64,000 nt of DNA from a virus. The notes below the pieces were generated by a model that made no database searches, was not told where the DNA came from, and saw only the letters and a program-made list of their open reading frames with translations. Of this stretch, positions 30,595-39,488 are shown piece by piece (position 1 is the first letter of the stretch; every line of letters starts with the position of its first letter). The stretch covers positions 1 to 64,000 of the IMG/VR virus record IMGVR_UViG_3300005613_000027; one strand, 5' to 3'. The translations under genes were made by a program, and so were the position numbers.

Positions 30595-31257
30595 TTATAT
30601 CAAAAGTTTAATTCTAATTGGATAAAGTGTAGTATTATTCACATTGGCACTACATTTAGCAGCACTAACGCCTTTAACAGCACGTGCTACAGCTGTAGGG
30701 GTAACATTAGGTAAATATTGACCATCAACAGTATCATCACCAGCAGGACTTCCGCTGTTGGTAATCATAGAATCCATAGTGGCAGCAACACGAAAGTTGT
30801 CGCCAGGATTAATGGCTGCACAAACTGCTGTACCACCTGATTTACTGCCAGTAAATTCACTGGTATAATGTACAGTGTCCCAAATACCTAAGTGAGCAAC
30901 ACCGAGAGGTGCTTCTTTAGTACCATTAATACTACCAGCACTATACGAAGGCTGAGCAATAACATCGCTTGAACCCAGGTCGCCGGGCATCATGAATCCA
31001 GCCGGGTGTACCTGGTGGTATCCCGACTTAACTTTTTGCATAGAAAACCCAAAAGCAATTCTTTCTTCTGCATCAGTTGGTTCATTAGTATGAGAACCAT
31101 ACGCCTTCACGATTGCCTCTTGATTAGTAGCACTATTATCCAAATACAACACTGCACCAGCATAACACAGTACTCCGCCAACACCAGTAGCGTCAGCAGT
31201 CTGAGCCGCATAACTGCAGAATTGATTTTCTACAACAGGATGTCTAGGTATAAACAT
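30595..31257 (-). CDS. Putative capsid decoration/cement protein
   Basis: 220 aa, between scaffold and capsid genes. Confidence 0.5.
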   Translation of the reverse strand: MFIPRHPVVENQFCSYAAQTADATGVGGVLCYAGAVLYLDNSATNQEAIVKAYGSHTNEPTDAEERIAFGFSMQKVKSGYHQVHPAGFMMPGDLGSSDVIAQPSYSAGSINGTKEAPLGVAHLGIWDTVHYTSEFTGSKSGGTAVCAAINPGDNFRVAATMDSMITNSGSPAGDDTVDGQYLPNVTPTAVARAVKGVSAAKCSANVNNTTLYPIRIKLLI

Positions 31258-31271
31258 ATCCTCTCTCCTCC

Positions 31272-32012
31272 TTAATTACTCTTTTCTTCTTGATTAGTCA
31301 TTAAACTCGCCATTGCTTTACCCATTTCATTATATTTCGCAACCAGGTCCTTATCAGGGAAAATTTCCATGTTAAGTGCTGCCTGGATAGCCTGGCCTGG
31401 GTCTATGTTAGCAGGCGGGGTGTCAGAGCCATCTTCTTCTGCATCTTCAGCTTCAGCATCTTCAGCTTCAGCAGCAGCGGCATCTTCTTGTTCTTGTTTC
31501 TCTCTCGCAGCCTTTTCTTCATCAGTTTCACCATCTTTGGCTTTTGAAAGTTCCGCAATCACAGCTTCCCTAATTGACACCAACTCATCTTTATAAGACG
31601 CAAATTCATCATCAGACATCTCTCTGACTTTAGTAGATTGGGCTTCTTTATCAGACACAATACCAGCTTCTTCAAGCTCACGCATTCTGAGTTCAGCAGC
31701 TCTATCTTTCTTAATTTCTTCCAAAGCTTTCTCCGACTCTTCCAACTTTTGGTTAGCTTCTTCAATCTTTTCTTGAGCCGCCTCAAGCTCAGTCTGTAGA
31801 TTGTTAGCCTTGTCTTCAGATTCAGTAAGCTTCTCTTCGAAATCTTCAACTTCACTGTTCTTTGCTTCAAGAGCAGATGTTAATTCTTCAATTGTAGTAG
31901 CTGATCTGCTTAAAGCATCTTCAGTTTGTCTCCGAATTTCGACTTCTTCTTTCTCAGAAAATATTTTAGCCACTACAGCTTCAACATCTTTCCTTAATTT
32001 GTCATCCATCAA
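31272..32012 (-). CDS. Putative scaffolding protein
   Basis: Acidic long coiled-coil upstream of capsid gene. Confidence 0.6.
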   Translation of the reverse strand: MMDDKLRKDVEAVVAKIFSEKEEVEIRRQTEDALSRSATTIEELTSALEAKNSEVEDFEEKLTESEDKANNLQTELEAAQEKIEEANQKLEESEKALEEIKKDRAAELRMRELEEAGIVSDKEAQSTKVREMSDDEFASYKDELVSIREAVIAELSKAKDGETDEEKAAREKQEQEDAAAAEAEDAEAEDAEEDGSDTPPANIDPGQAIQAALNMEIFPDKDLVAKYNEMGKAMASLMTNQEEKSN

Positions 32013-32139
32013 AAATACCTCCTATATGTTCTTTTCCATATAAAGAAATATTACCAACCTGAGTACTCTTATTAAGTACTTTTTTATTTAATTCCTTTTC
32101 CTGAAACTTAATTACTTGTTAAATCTTATTTGTTAAATC

Positions 32140-32577
32140 TTAAGGATAATTTGCTCTTATATTACTTGAGCTCCAAGTACTACAATAAATACCTTCAATA
32201 ACTGGATCAGATGCGCCCAACATGAATTTCACATCAACGCGTGATGAACCATCGTTAGCACCAGCATTAGCTACTGTAAGTGAAATTACATTAGTAGTAG
32301 TATTCTTACTAACGTAAAAACTACCAGCGTTATACGCAGGAGTTACTTGAACATTAGCATACGTAGCTAAATCCATTCCATGGAATTTAACACCACTTAC
32401 TAATGTCATAGCTGTAACACCAGATGCTACTGTAAATTCTTGGCCCCAAACAAAAGGATGGGCATGGTTGTTACCCATGTTTCTCCAGATAACCTTAAGA
32501 TTATCGTCGCCATTAATCCTAGTAAGTTTTGGGGTACTTCTTAAAAACCCTACTTGTGCTTGCCCTAATTGTGGCAT
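32140..32577 (-). CDS. Putative head structural protein
   Basis: 145 aa in head module. Confidence 0.5.
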   Translation of the reverse strand: MPQLGQAQVGFLRSTPKLTRINGDDNLKVIWRNMGNNHAHPFVWGQEFTVASGVTAMTLVSGVKFHGMDLATYANVQVTPAYNAGSFYVSKNTTTNVISLTVANAGANDGSSRVDVKFMLGASDPVIEGIYCSTWSSSNIRANYP

Positions 32578-32631
32578 AATTAATTCCTCCTTTTACGATT
32601 ATTATTTTCACTGGCTCGTGTCAACCAGCTG

Positions 32632-33738
32632 TTAAAGCAACTTTTTTAATCTGTCTAACTTCTCTCTCCGTCTATCAGTACTAGCTCTTTGTTTCATATA
32701 ATCCTGTGCACATTCCGCAGCAGCCACACTAATTTGATTTCTTAGGCATTTCGGATCAGTGGTATCCCTAGAAAAAGAGGTACAGCTTTTTTCATACAAC
32801 GTACACCAGTCTGTATGTATGACCTTACTCGATTCATCTTTAAATGTATTATCATACACTTCTTTTTTATAATTGACACAAATACCTACTGTATCATTAT
32901 ATTGTAACTCACTCTCTTCAGAATTAAGTGTATCTGTATTATCAGAGGTTACATTAATATCAGCCATTTCTTCATTCTCCTCTTCTAATTTGTCGTAATC
33001 CAAAATAATTACATCATCTGTGTCAACCTTATTATCTTTTTCATTGGCTGTCTCCAAAACAATTGATGGTGGATTGGCTGGCTTCTTGACAAAACCACAA
33101 CCAGAAAATGTAATGTCCCTTAAAACCCTGTCTATTTTACCAGTAGCAATTTCTTTAGTATTTTTAAGGACCTTAGCAATCTTTCCATATACAGAATTAT
33201 CATCATGTGCTAATCCTAAAGCTTCTGCTTCCGGCTTGCTCAAAATCAATTCACCTATTTTTACATCATAATTTCTAAAATAAGCTTCCATACTTACAGA
33301 CCATTTTCCTGCTGCAACCTCTCTAGCTAAATCTGGAAATCTATTTTTATACACAATACCAGCAATAGCTATATGAACTTCTTGCGCATCCAAACTTCCC
33401 ATTTCCATAGACGCAAGATCTTCAAGTTTCACTCTATTACTATCCTTATCCGTAAATACACGATCATAAATATGTCCAACTATTTCATCTTCACTGTGTT
33501 CCAAATCCATAGCCTTATTAACAATCGTTCCCTCTGCCTTCACCAACTCTGACGGAAGAAAATAAGCATGATTTAAGTTGGCCCCAGAAGAAACAAATAT
33601 AGCAGAAAAATACTGTAGATCTATCTGTTTTTCTCCTTCTTTTGGCAACGCTATAACAGAAGCCGCTTCTTTAAGCTCTACTGTTTCATCATGCAATTCT
33701 ATTTTGGCTCTTAAGTATACAGGTTTATATTTCTCCAC
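32632..33738 (-). CDS. Putative prohead (maturation) protease
   Basis: N..F...EL, DLEH...IVGH, WSVSME, FSGCGFVKKPANP motifs; downstream of portal; GTG start. Confidence 0.7.
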   Translation of the reverse strand: MEKYKPVYLRAKIELHDETVELKEAASVIALPKEGEKQIDLQYFSAIFVSSGANLNHAYFLPSELVKAEGTIVNKAMDLEHSEDEIVGHIYDRVFTDKDSNRVKLEDLASMEMGSLDAQEVHIAIAGIVYKNRFPDLAREVAAGKWSVSMEAYFRNYDVKIGELILSKPEAEALGLAHDDNSVYGKIAKVLKNTKEIATGKIDRVLRDITFSGCGFVKKPANPPSIVLETANEKDNKVDTDDVIILDYDKLEEENEEMADINVTSDNTDTLNSEESELQYNDTVGICVNYKKEVYDNTFKDESSKVIHTDWCTLYEKSCTSFSRDTTDPKCLRNQISVAAAECAQDYMKQRASTDRRREKLDRLKKLL

Positions 33739-33753
33739 GTCAAATCCTCCTTA

Positions 33754-33810
33754 TTAAGTCCTTTTTTTTCTTTCTTTGCCTCTACGATAACTTTGTTTAC
33801 GTCTTGCCAT
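33754..33810 (-). CDS. 18-aa Arg/Lys-rich micropeptide MARRKQSYRRGKERKKRT
   Basis: Perfect AAGGAGGT RBS directly after the promoter motif; stop is followed by the next gene's RBS. Confidence 0.55.
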   Translation of the reverse strand: MARRKQSYRRGKERKKRT

Positions 33811-33822
33811 AAGTAATAACCT

Positions 33823-33842
33823 CCTTATTATATTAACGGTTA
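33823..33842 (-). promoter_or_regulatory. Candidate promoter TAACC-N10-TAAGG
   Basis: Repeated motif; heads the protease-scaffold-capsid genes. Confidence 0.55.
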
Positions 33843-33844
33843 GT

Positions 33845-35662
33845 TTATTCTTGCAATCTTGCCAATTCTAATTGACGCTTAAATTCTATAAACTGTTCAT
33901 CAGTCATTTCTTTAGCAATCTCGGCAACCGTTTTTGGCTTAGCTGTTTTAGGTTTTGGTTTTGTGTCAACTGTCCGTTTTTTAGCAGGCTGACCTTTAGG
34001 TCTTCCTGATGATGGTGTCCCTATAGGCGCTCGTTGAGTAGGCTGTACGGCAGGCCCCATTTTAGCTTGTTGCCAAGGAGAACCTAAAATACCAAATGTG
34101 CCATCATCCACTAATGGAAATTCTTCTTTCATGTTCATAAGCTCTGTAGGGTAGTCAAAACCAAGAGCCTCATGAGCAGTGCGATAACTCAACATTCTAC
34201 GATCTACAAGTTGTGATATTGTATTCATGTATAATATAACATCCTGTAATATTCCCTCATCCCACCTAATTTTAGGAAAACGATCAAAACCCGCAGCTTC
34301 AGCAATCTGTCTATATTCATTATATATCCAACGTGTGACTTGTCTACGAGCATAATTTATTTCTTCCATCAGACCTTTAACCACTAAACCAGCTTCAGCC
34401 ACATTTAAATCAGATATACCATCTATCAAAGCTCTAGACATAGCCAAACCACCAGTTAAGTCTTCATTGACTTGTTGATATTTTTCTTGGCCTAATATAG
34501 CCTCAATTTCAGGTGATACTACCTTTTCAATTTGTAAAGTATGATTCCACACAACATCGAAAGATTTGCTTGAAGTGTTAAACAATTGAGCTACAGCCTC
34601 TAATTCCCCTTGAGTAGTAACTGGATATTCATCTGAACCTATGGTTACCTTTAGAATATAATTAGAAATACCATCCAATGTACTTAAATCCGCTTCTTTA
34701 AGAGATTTCTTATACTCTATTGTGTCAAATACCCTAGTAGCTCTTGGTTTTGCATACCTTTCGTAAGGCATTTTTCTATAAGTTATTGTACCAACCAATC
34801 TAGGATCAAGCTTATATTCCTGGCCTGATTTAGCTGCTTGCTTCAAATCACTAGGCAGAGCTTTTATCAAAAGTTTTTCTTCTTCTGTTAACTCTCCAGT
34901 AGCTTTTTGTAGCATAGCAGTTAATTCGGGCGGGGGTCTTAATGCAACAGCAACTTTATCAAACAATAAGTTACCTACAACATTAACCAGTTGAGGATTT
35001 AAAATAGTATAAGATACTGGTAAATGGCCTTTTGACCATATATTCTTTTTAGCCGCTTTTTCAGCTTCTTTCTTTAACATTTCTCCAGTAGCTTTAGATT
35101 TTTTTGTAGGTTTTTTCATTTTCTGCCCTGGAACGGGTGATAGGTGGGATACTCTAGGTTCGTATTTTGCTAACACTTTATATGTAACAACATGGCCAAT
35201 TTTGAAAAAATCTAAATAAAGCCACTCCAACATTTCAGCCATGTTTACATCAAAACACCAAGTGTCAAAAAATTGTTTTATATTTTCATCATCTATATCA
35301 TTCTCAAAACCTTTTGTTGCTAAAGAAGCTAATATATTTACTACAGTTCCAACTAATGGATCTGTATAATAATACCTATCTGCTCTTCTAAACAACTCTT
35401 GTGGTGATTCATCATATGGATCTCTCTTAGCCAAATCAAGAAAAGTCCTATCCACCGCATCTCTTGTAATAGTAGCTGCTTTTTCTCTAAAATGTCTTGG
35501 AACAACAGCACCCTGTTCAAGAAATGCTAATGATTTTTTCGTTGGATCTAAATAGAAAGTAGATTGTCCGGTTTTCTCATTCACTTCTATATTTCTTATA
35601 CCCACATCAGGATATTCCTTTCTTAATGTGGCTGTAACCTTTTTTATTGTATTATCATCCAT
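33845..35662 (-). CDS. Portal protein
   Basis: 605 aa between terminase and protease; YYTDPLVGTVVN, PKIRWDE, LVDRRMLSYRT portal-like motifs. Confidence 0.75.
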   Translation of the reverse strand: MDDNTIKKVTATLRKEYPDVGIRNIEVNEKTGQSTFYLDPTKKSLAFLEQGAVVPRHFREKAATITRDAVDRTFLDLAKRDPYDESPQELFRRADRYYYTDPLVGTVVNILASLATKGFENDIDDENIKQFFDTWCFDVNMAEMLEWLYLDFFKIGHVVTYKVLAKYEPRVSHLSPVPGQKMKKPTKKSKATGEMLKKEAEKAAKKNIWSKGHLPVSYTILNPQLVNVVGNLLFDKVAVALRPPPELTAMLQKATGELTEEEKLLIKALPSDLKQAAKSGQEYKLDPRLVGTITYRKMPYERYAKPRATRVFDTIEYKKSLKEADLSTLDGISNYILKVTIGSDEYPVTTQGELEAVAQLFNTSSKSFDVVWNHTLQIEKVVSPEIEAILGQEKYQQVNEDLTGGLAMSRALIDGISDLNVAEAGLVVKGLMEEINYARRQVTRWIYNEYRQIAEAAGFDRFPKIRWDEGILQDVILYMNTISQLVDRRMLSYRTAHEALGFDYPTELMNMKEEFPLVDDGTFGILGSPWQQAKMGPAVQPTQRAPIGTPSSGRPKGQPAKKRTVDTKPKPKTAKPKTVAEIAKEMTDEQFIEFKRQLELARLQE

Positions 35663-35672
35663 GTAAGTCTCC

Positions 35673-35864
35673 TTATATTAATACTGCCCCTGCTGTACCA
35701 GACACAGTACCTCCGTATTCTGTAGTATATTCAGCAGCAGCTTTTACTTTTACATAATCTGGTCGGCCAATTTTTTCTTCCACTGTTGGCTGATTACCAG
35801 ACCATGTAGTAGCCCATATATTAGCTCGATACTTCGACTTATCCTCTAAATAGCTTTCAGCCAT
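35673..35864 (-). CDS. Small hypothetical (possibly virion) protein
   Basis: 63 aa with TWSG and TVSGT motifs. Confidence 0.55.
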   Translation of the reverse strand: MAESYLEDKSKYRANIWATTWSGNQPTVEEKIGRPDYVKVKAAAEYTTEYGGTVSGTAGAVLI

Positions 35865-35867
35865 TGT

Positions 35868-36734
35868 TCATTCTCCTTTATGAGTATTAGTTCTCCTATA
35901 TAGAATTGCTTGATACCAAGCCGTGTGCCATTCTCTATCTTTATTTGCGCGCGAATTGCAAGATGTGCATAAAGTTATTAAATTCTCCGGCCCACAATTC
36001 TTTTTGTTGTAATCAATGTGGTGTACACACAATCTATATATATTTCCAAAACAATCTGGATTTAAACATTTGTTACCGTCTCTTTCTTTTATGTAATCTT
36101 TGAATTCTTTGAAAGACCATTCGTGACAGTAGGGTTCACAGGAAATACCACCTTTCCAGTTTGGGTGGTTTTTGCCAGACATATTCACCACTTTACAAGA
36201 AGGACAACGTCTGTTTTGTTGCCAATGCCCCCACACCATACTGTGTTTATGCCCTTTGGGACACTCATATCTAAGTTTAGTTTGGCTATTTTTATAGATT
36301 TTAGATAGTAACTTATATCCTTCTTTCTCAAATTCTCTTTTAATAAATTTAATATTTAATTTTCTATTACCGCTACAATGAGAACATCTATTATTGTTGT
36401 GCATCCAATTATGCCATGAAATTTTATGCAGATGGCCGTTTTCACAAACATATTCTAATTTTTTATAATTATTCTTATATTTGTTTGTTAAAAGAATACA
36501 ATTTTCTTTTTCAAATTCTTTCCGAATAAAATCAACAGTTAATTTTACATTTCCAGCACAATAAGGACATCTATATCCGGCACGCCAATCATTCCATCTT
36601 ATAGAATGTTTATGTCCATTAGAACAAATGTAATCTACTTTTTTATGAGCATTAATATATTCTTTGTTTAATAATCTATATCCTTCTTTTTCAAATTGTT
36701 TTTTCACAAATTCTATAGTTAATCTTTTAGACAT
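35868..36734 (-). CDS. HNH homing endonuclease with repeated zinc-ribbon modules
   Basis: Three YxCxxGH...W..W...RCxxC repeats; VHHIDYNK...NLITLCTSCN; likely start MSKRLT. Confidence 0.85.
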   Translation of the reverse strand: MSKRLTIEFVKKQFEKEGYRLLNKEYINAHKKVDYICSNGHKHSIRWNDWRAGYRCPYCAGNVKLTVDFIRKEFEKENCILLTNKYKNNYKKLEYVCENGHLHKISWHNWMHNNNRCSHCSGNRKLNIKFIKREFEKEGYKLLSKIYKNSQTKLRYECPKGHKHSMVWGHWQQNRRCPSCKVVNMSGKNHPNWKGGISCEPYCHEWSFKEFKDYIKERDGNKCLNPDCFGNIYRLCVHHIDYNKKNCGPENLITLCTSCNSRANKDREWHTAWYQAILYRRTNTHKGE

Positions 36735-36744
36735 AACTTTTTCC

Positions 36745-37695
36745 TTAGAAAGGCACTGAAAACGAAACACCATATGACATTTCACCTTCAGTATCCCAGG
36801 CCATAGTAGGACCTAAAAACATGTTCTCTACTAATGGAACTATATTACCAAAATTCCATTGTACTGGTGTAAATCCAAAAACAGCCTCAGAACTATCGTT
36901 TTTATTAGCTATACCTATGGAGGGTATGATAAATCTCCAGTCCATGTCTCTTTTGGTTTTACCGTAAGACATCACACTTAAATCCAACGATGGTGCAAAA
37001 ACTTCACTTGTAAACATTGCTTGGAACGCCAATCTTGGATTCCAGAAGAAAAAATGTCTTTCGGTTATTGGATTTTTAGCCCATTCTATACTATTAATTT
37101 TGACAGGATATTTATTACCTTTTGTTTCTTTCATTTGATTATTCGTTATATTAAGTTCTACATATCTGGCATATTTACCAGATGGCTGTTCTGTTTCAAT
37201 AATATATGTTTCAAATTTTATAGGATAAGTTCCTGTTTTCCATAACTTCTCAGGATCATCTTGATTAGGATGAAACATGGCCCACGCTATAGGAAACTTA
37301 GTGCCATCAGACGCTGTAGCATAAATCTTTTTGAAATGATGGTCTGTCTTTTTTCCTGTGAGATACACATGAGATGATGTTCTATTAAGAAGATCTCTTG
37401 TCTGTTTAAGTTCGGCTTCTATTCTTGCTATCTCATCAATCTTTTCATTCCTCTTACGCACTTCCGCCAAAATCTTACTGTTAGAATCCTCTAACTTTTC
37501 TTTTAATTCCTGAACTTGTCTTTTGCTTGCTTCGAACTCCACACGCCAAGCGTTATCTGTTATTTGTACAATCTGTGGGGCTGGAGGTATAGGTGGTTTT
37601 AGCATTTCTAATATGTATTCAAATTTATTATATAAAAATCCTACTACTATTATTATTATTACTACTTTTACTATACCTAGAACTTTATCAAACAT
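36745..37695 (-). CDS. Membrane-anchored coiled-coil protein with beta-rich C-terminus (spanin-like candidate)
   Basis: N-terminal TM, coiled-coil, ends YGVSFSVPF; start revised to MFDKVLG. Confidence 0.45.
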   Translation of the reverse strand: MFDKVLGIVKVVIIIIVVGFLYNKFEYILEMLKPPIPPAPQIVQITDNAWRVEFEASKRQVQELKEKLEDSNSKILAEVRKRNEKIDEIARIEAELKQTRDLLNRTSSHVYLTGKKTDHHFKKIYATASDGTKFPIAWAMFHPNQDDPEKLWKTGTYPIKFETYIIETEQPSGKYARYVELNITNNQMKETKGNKYPVKINSIEWAKNPITERHFFFWNPRLAFQAMFTSEVFAPSLDLSVMSYGKTKRDMDWRFIIPSIGIANKNDSSEAVFGFTPVQWNFGNIVPLVENMFLGPTMAWDTEGEMSYGVSFSVPF

Positions 37696-37774
37696 ATGTT
37701 TTATACCCATTATTTTTATGATGCTCATTATGACATTCAACACACAAAGTCATCCCGTTCTCCAAATCAAATAA
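37688..37774 (-). pseudogene. C-terminal fragment of disrupted HNH endonuclease
   Basis: LFDLENGMTLCVECHNEHHKNNGYKTYV* begins exactly after the TnpB right end. Confidence 0.7.
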
Positions 37775-37815
37775 TGAACTACCACGAAACTAAAGATTTC
37801 GTGGTTTCCTGCTTC
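37775..37815 (-). mobile_element. IS200/IS605-type right end / omegaRNA 3' hairpin
   Basis: GAAGCAGGAA-ACCACGAAA-TCTTTAG-TTTCGTGGT-AGTTCA overlapping the tnpB stop. Confidence 0.75.
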
Positions 37816-38963
37816 AATGGAAAACTATAGTCTTCCTCCACAGGCATGAATTCGGGTTGTCCCATCCCTATTTTTTTTATATTATTACTTGCTAATATAT
37901 CCCTATCATGAGTTGTATTGCAGTTAGAGCAAGTCCATTCTCTATCACTAAGTTTCAATTTATGATTGATTTCCCCGCAAGAACATAACTTACTGCTTGG
38001 TTCATATTGACCAATTTGTATGAAGTTCTTGCCATACCAGTCACACTTGTACTTGATCATAGAAACAAACTCACCCCAACCTACATCACTGATTGATTGA
38101 GATAACCACCTATTTTGTTGCATTCCCTTTATATCAAGGGTTTCCATAACAAGGGTGTTCGTTTGGTTATCACGAACTAAGGTAGTAGAAACCTTGTGGT
38201 GGAAATCTTTTCTTGCATTAGTTACTTGTTCATATTTACGAGCAAGTTTAACTTTTGCTTTTTGTCTGTTATTGCTTCCTTTCTGTTTTCTTGCTAGGTT
38301 GCGTTGACTTCGTTTGAGTGCTTTCAACTTATGTTTCAAGTAACGAGGATTATCTATCTTTTCTCCTTTACTTGTAGTAAGAAAGTGAGATATTCCAAGA
38401 TCTATTCCAATAGTAGTATCTCCACTCATTGGTGCTTTAGTTGGTAACTCTTGTCCATCTTCAACTAAAATAGAGATATAATATTTACCAGTTGGAGTTC
38501 TACTTATCGTACAAGTTTTCATTTCTCCATCAAACTTACGATGAGCATCAAACCTCAAGTTTTTAATTTTTGGAACTTGTATTGTTTTTGTTTCGAAATC
38601 TATTTTAGTTGTAGAAGAAGGAGGGATCTCAAATGATTGGTTTGAATTATGTTTAGATTTGAACTTAGGGAAACCTTTCTTTTCACGAAAGAATCTAACA
38701 TATGCCATATCTAAGTGGATCAAACTTGCTTGTAATGTTTGAGAATTAACTTCAGATAACCAATTGGTTTCTTCTTGTTTTTTCATTAGTGGAAGTTGTT
38801 TCTGAATATCAAACCTACTTAGTGTTTTCTTTTCTTGTTCATAGATCTTAATTTTTTGACCAAGTGCGTAGTTATAGATAAAACGAGAACAACCTAAGTG
38901 TTTTTCAATTAACACTCGTTGTTCCTCGTTTGGGAATAATCTATATTTGTATGCTTTTAACAT
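37779..38963 (-). CDS. tnpB: RNA-guided endonuclease TnpB (solo, no tnpA in window)
   Basis: MLKAYKYRLFP HTH; RuvC motifs IGIDLG, VMETL, HDRD; zinc ribbon CSCG/CSNC; catalytic D-E-D intact. Confidence 0.95.
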   Translation of the reverse strand: MLKAYKYRLFPNEEQRVLIEKHLGCSRFIYNYALGQKIKIYEQEKKTLSRFDIQKQLPLMKKQEETNWLSEVNSQTLQASLIHLDMAYVRFFREKKGFPKFKSKHNSNQSFEIPPSSTTKIDFETKTIQVPKIKNLRFDAHRKFDGEMKTCTISRTPTGKYYISILVEDGQELPTKAPMSGDTTIGIDLGISHFLTTSKGEKIDNPRYLKHKLKALKRSQRNLARKQKGSNNRQKAKVKLARKYEQVTNARKDFHHKVSTTLVRDNQTNTLVMETLDIKGMQQNRWLSQSISDVGWGEFVSMIKYKCDWYGKNFIQIGQYEPSSKLCSCGEINHKLKLSDREWTCSNCNTTHDRDILASNNIKKIGMGQPEFMPVEEDYSFPLKQETTKSLVSW

Positions 38964-38984
38964 TCCTATTGTTTCCTTACATCT

Positions 38985-39134
38985 CTATTTATAATAATTA
39001 TCTATATATTTATATTTATGTGTTCCCTTCTGTAAAGTTTCTCTACCTTTTCTCTCATAGTAAAAAACCTTTAACCAAAATCCACTATTTACATCATAAA
39101 TTAAATCATCCAAATTATCCCAACAAATTTTCAT
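38985..39134 (-). pseudogene. N-terminal fragment (49 aa) of an MKICWDNL-family HNH endonuclease
   Basis: MKICWDNLDDLIYDVNSGFW...KYKYIDNYYK*; same start as the two intact HNH genes, TAATG coupling. Confidence 0.75.
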
Positions 39135-39439
39135 TATCTATCCGTATCCAATACTTCTTCATAGTTACCATTACCATTTTCGGTCAATTTAGTTCTTGTA
39201 TATATCCTTCCTAAAGCAATAGTTACATATCCACCTCCTAGGAAACCTAATCCAACTGCTGGAGATATTTTGGAAACCCACTGCGTTTCAGTCCATTTAC
39301 CGTCAAAAATTCCGTATATAACAGGAATATAAAGCAATATAAGTATTTGATATTTTACAGAAGCAAAATTTCTGAACACCTTCATTCCTAATAAGGACCA
39401 GAATTTCTTTGAAAAAAATGTAATCTTACCCTCCGTCAT
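39134..39439 (-). CDS. Small membrane protein (holin-like candidate)
   Basis: Two hydrophobic segments; start revised to MTEGK behind GGAGGTG. Confidence 0.45.
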   Translation of the reverse strand: MTEGKITFFSKKFWSLLGMKVFRNFASVKYQILILLYIPVIYGIFDGKWTETQWVSKISPAVGLGFLGGGYVTIALGRIYTRTKLTENGNGNYEEVLDTDR

Positions 39440-39463
39440 AATATCACCTCCATTAATAAACAA

Positions 39464-39483
39464 CTCTATTAGTAAGAAGGTTA
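39464..39483 (-). promoter_or_regulatory. Candidate promoter TAACC-N10-TAGAG
   Basis: Repeated motif. Confidence 0.55.
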
Positions 39484-39488
39484 CATTA

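Noticed and set aside
20308-38987. TAG recoding suggested by in-frame TAGs in two relics
   Set aside because: Coding density is full under the standard code, and several intact genes end at TAG (e.g. 12858, 21983, 22664, 37779).
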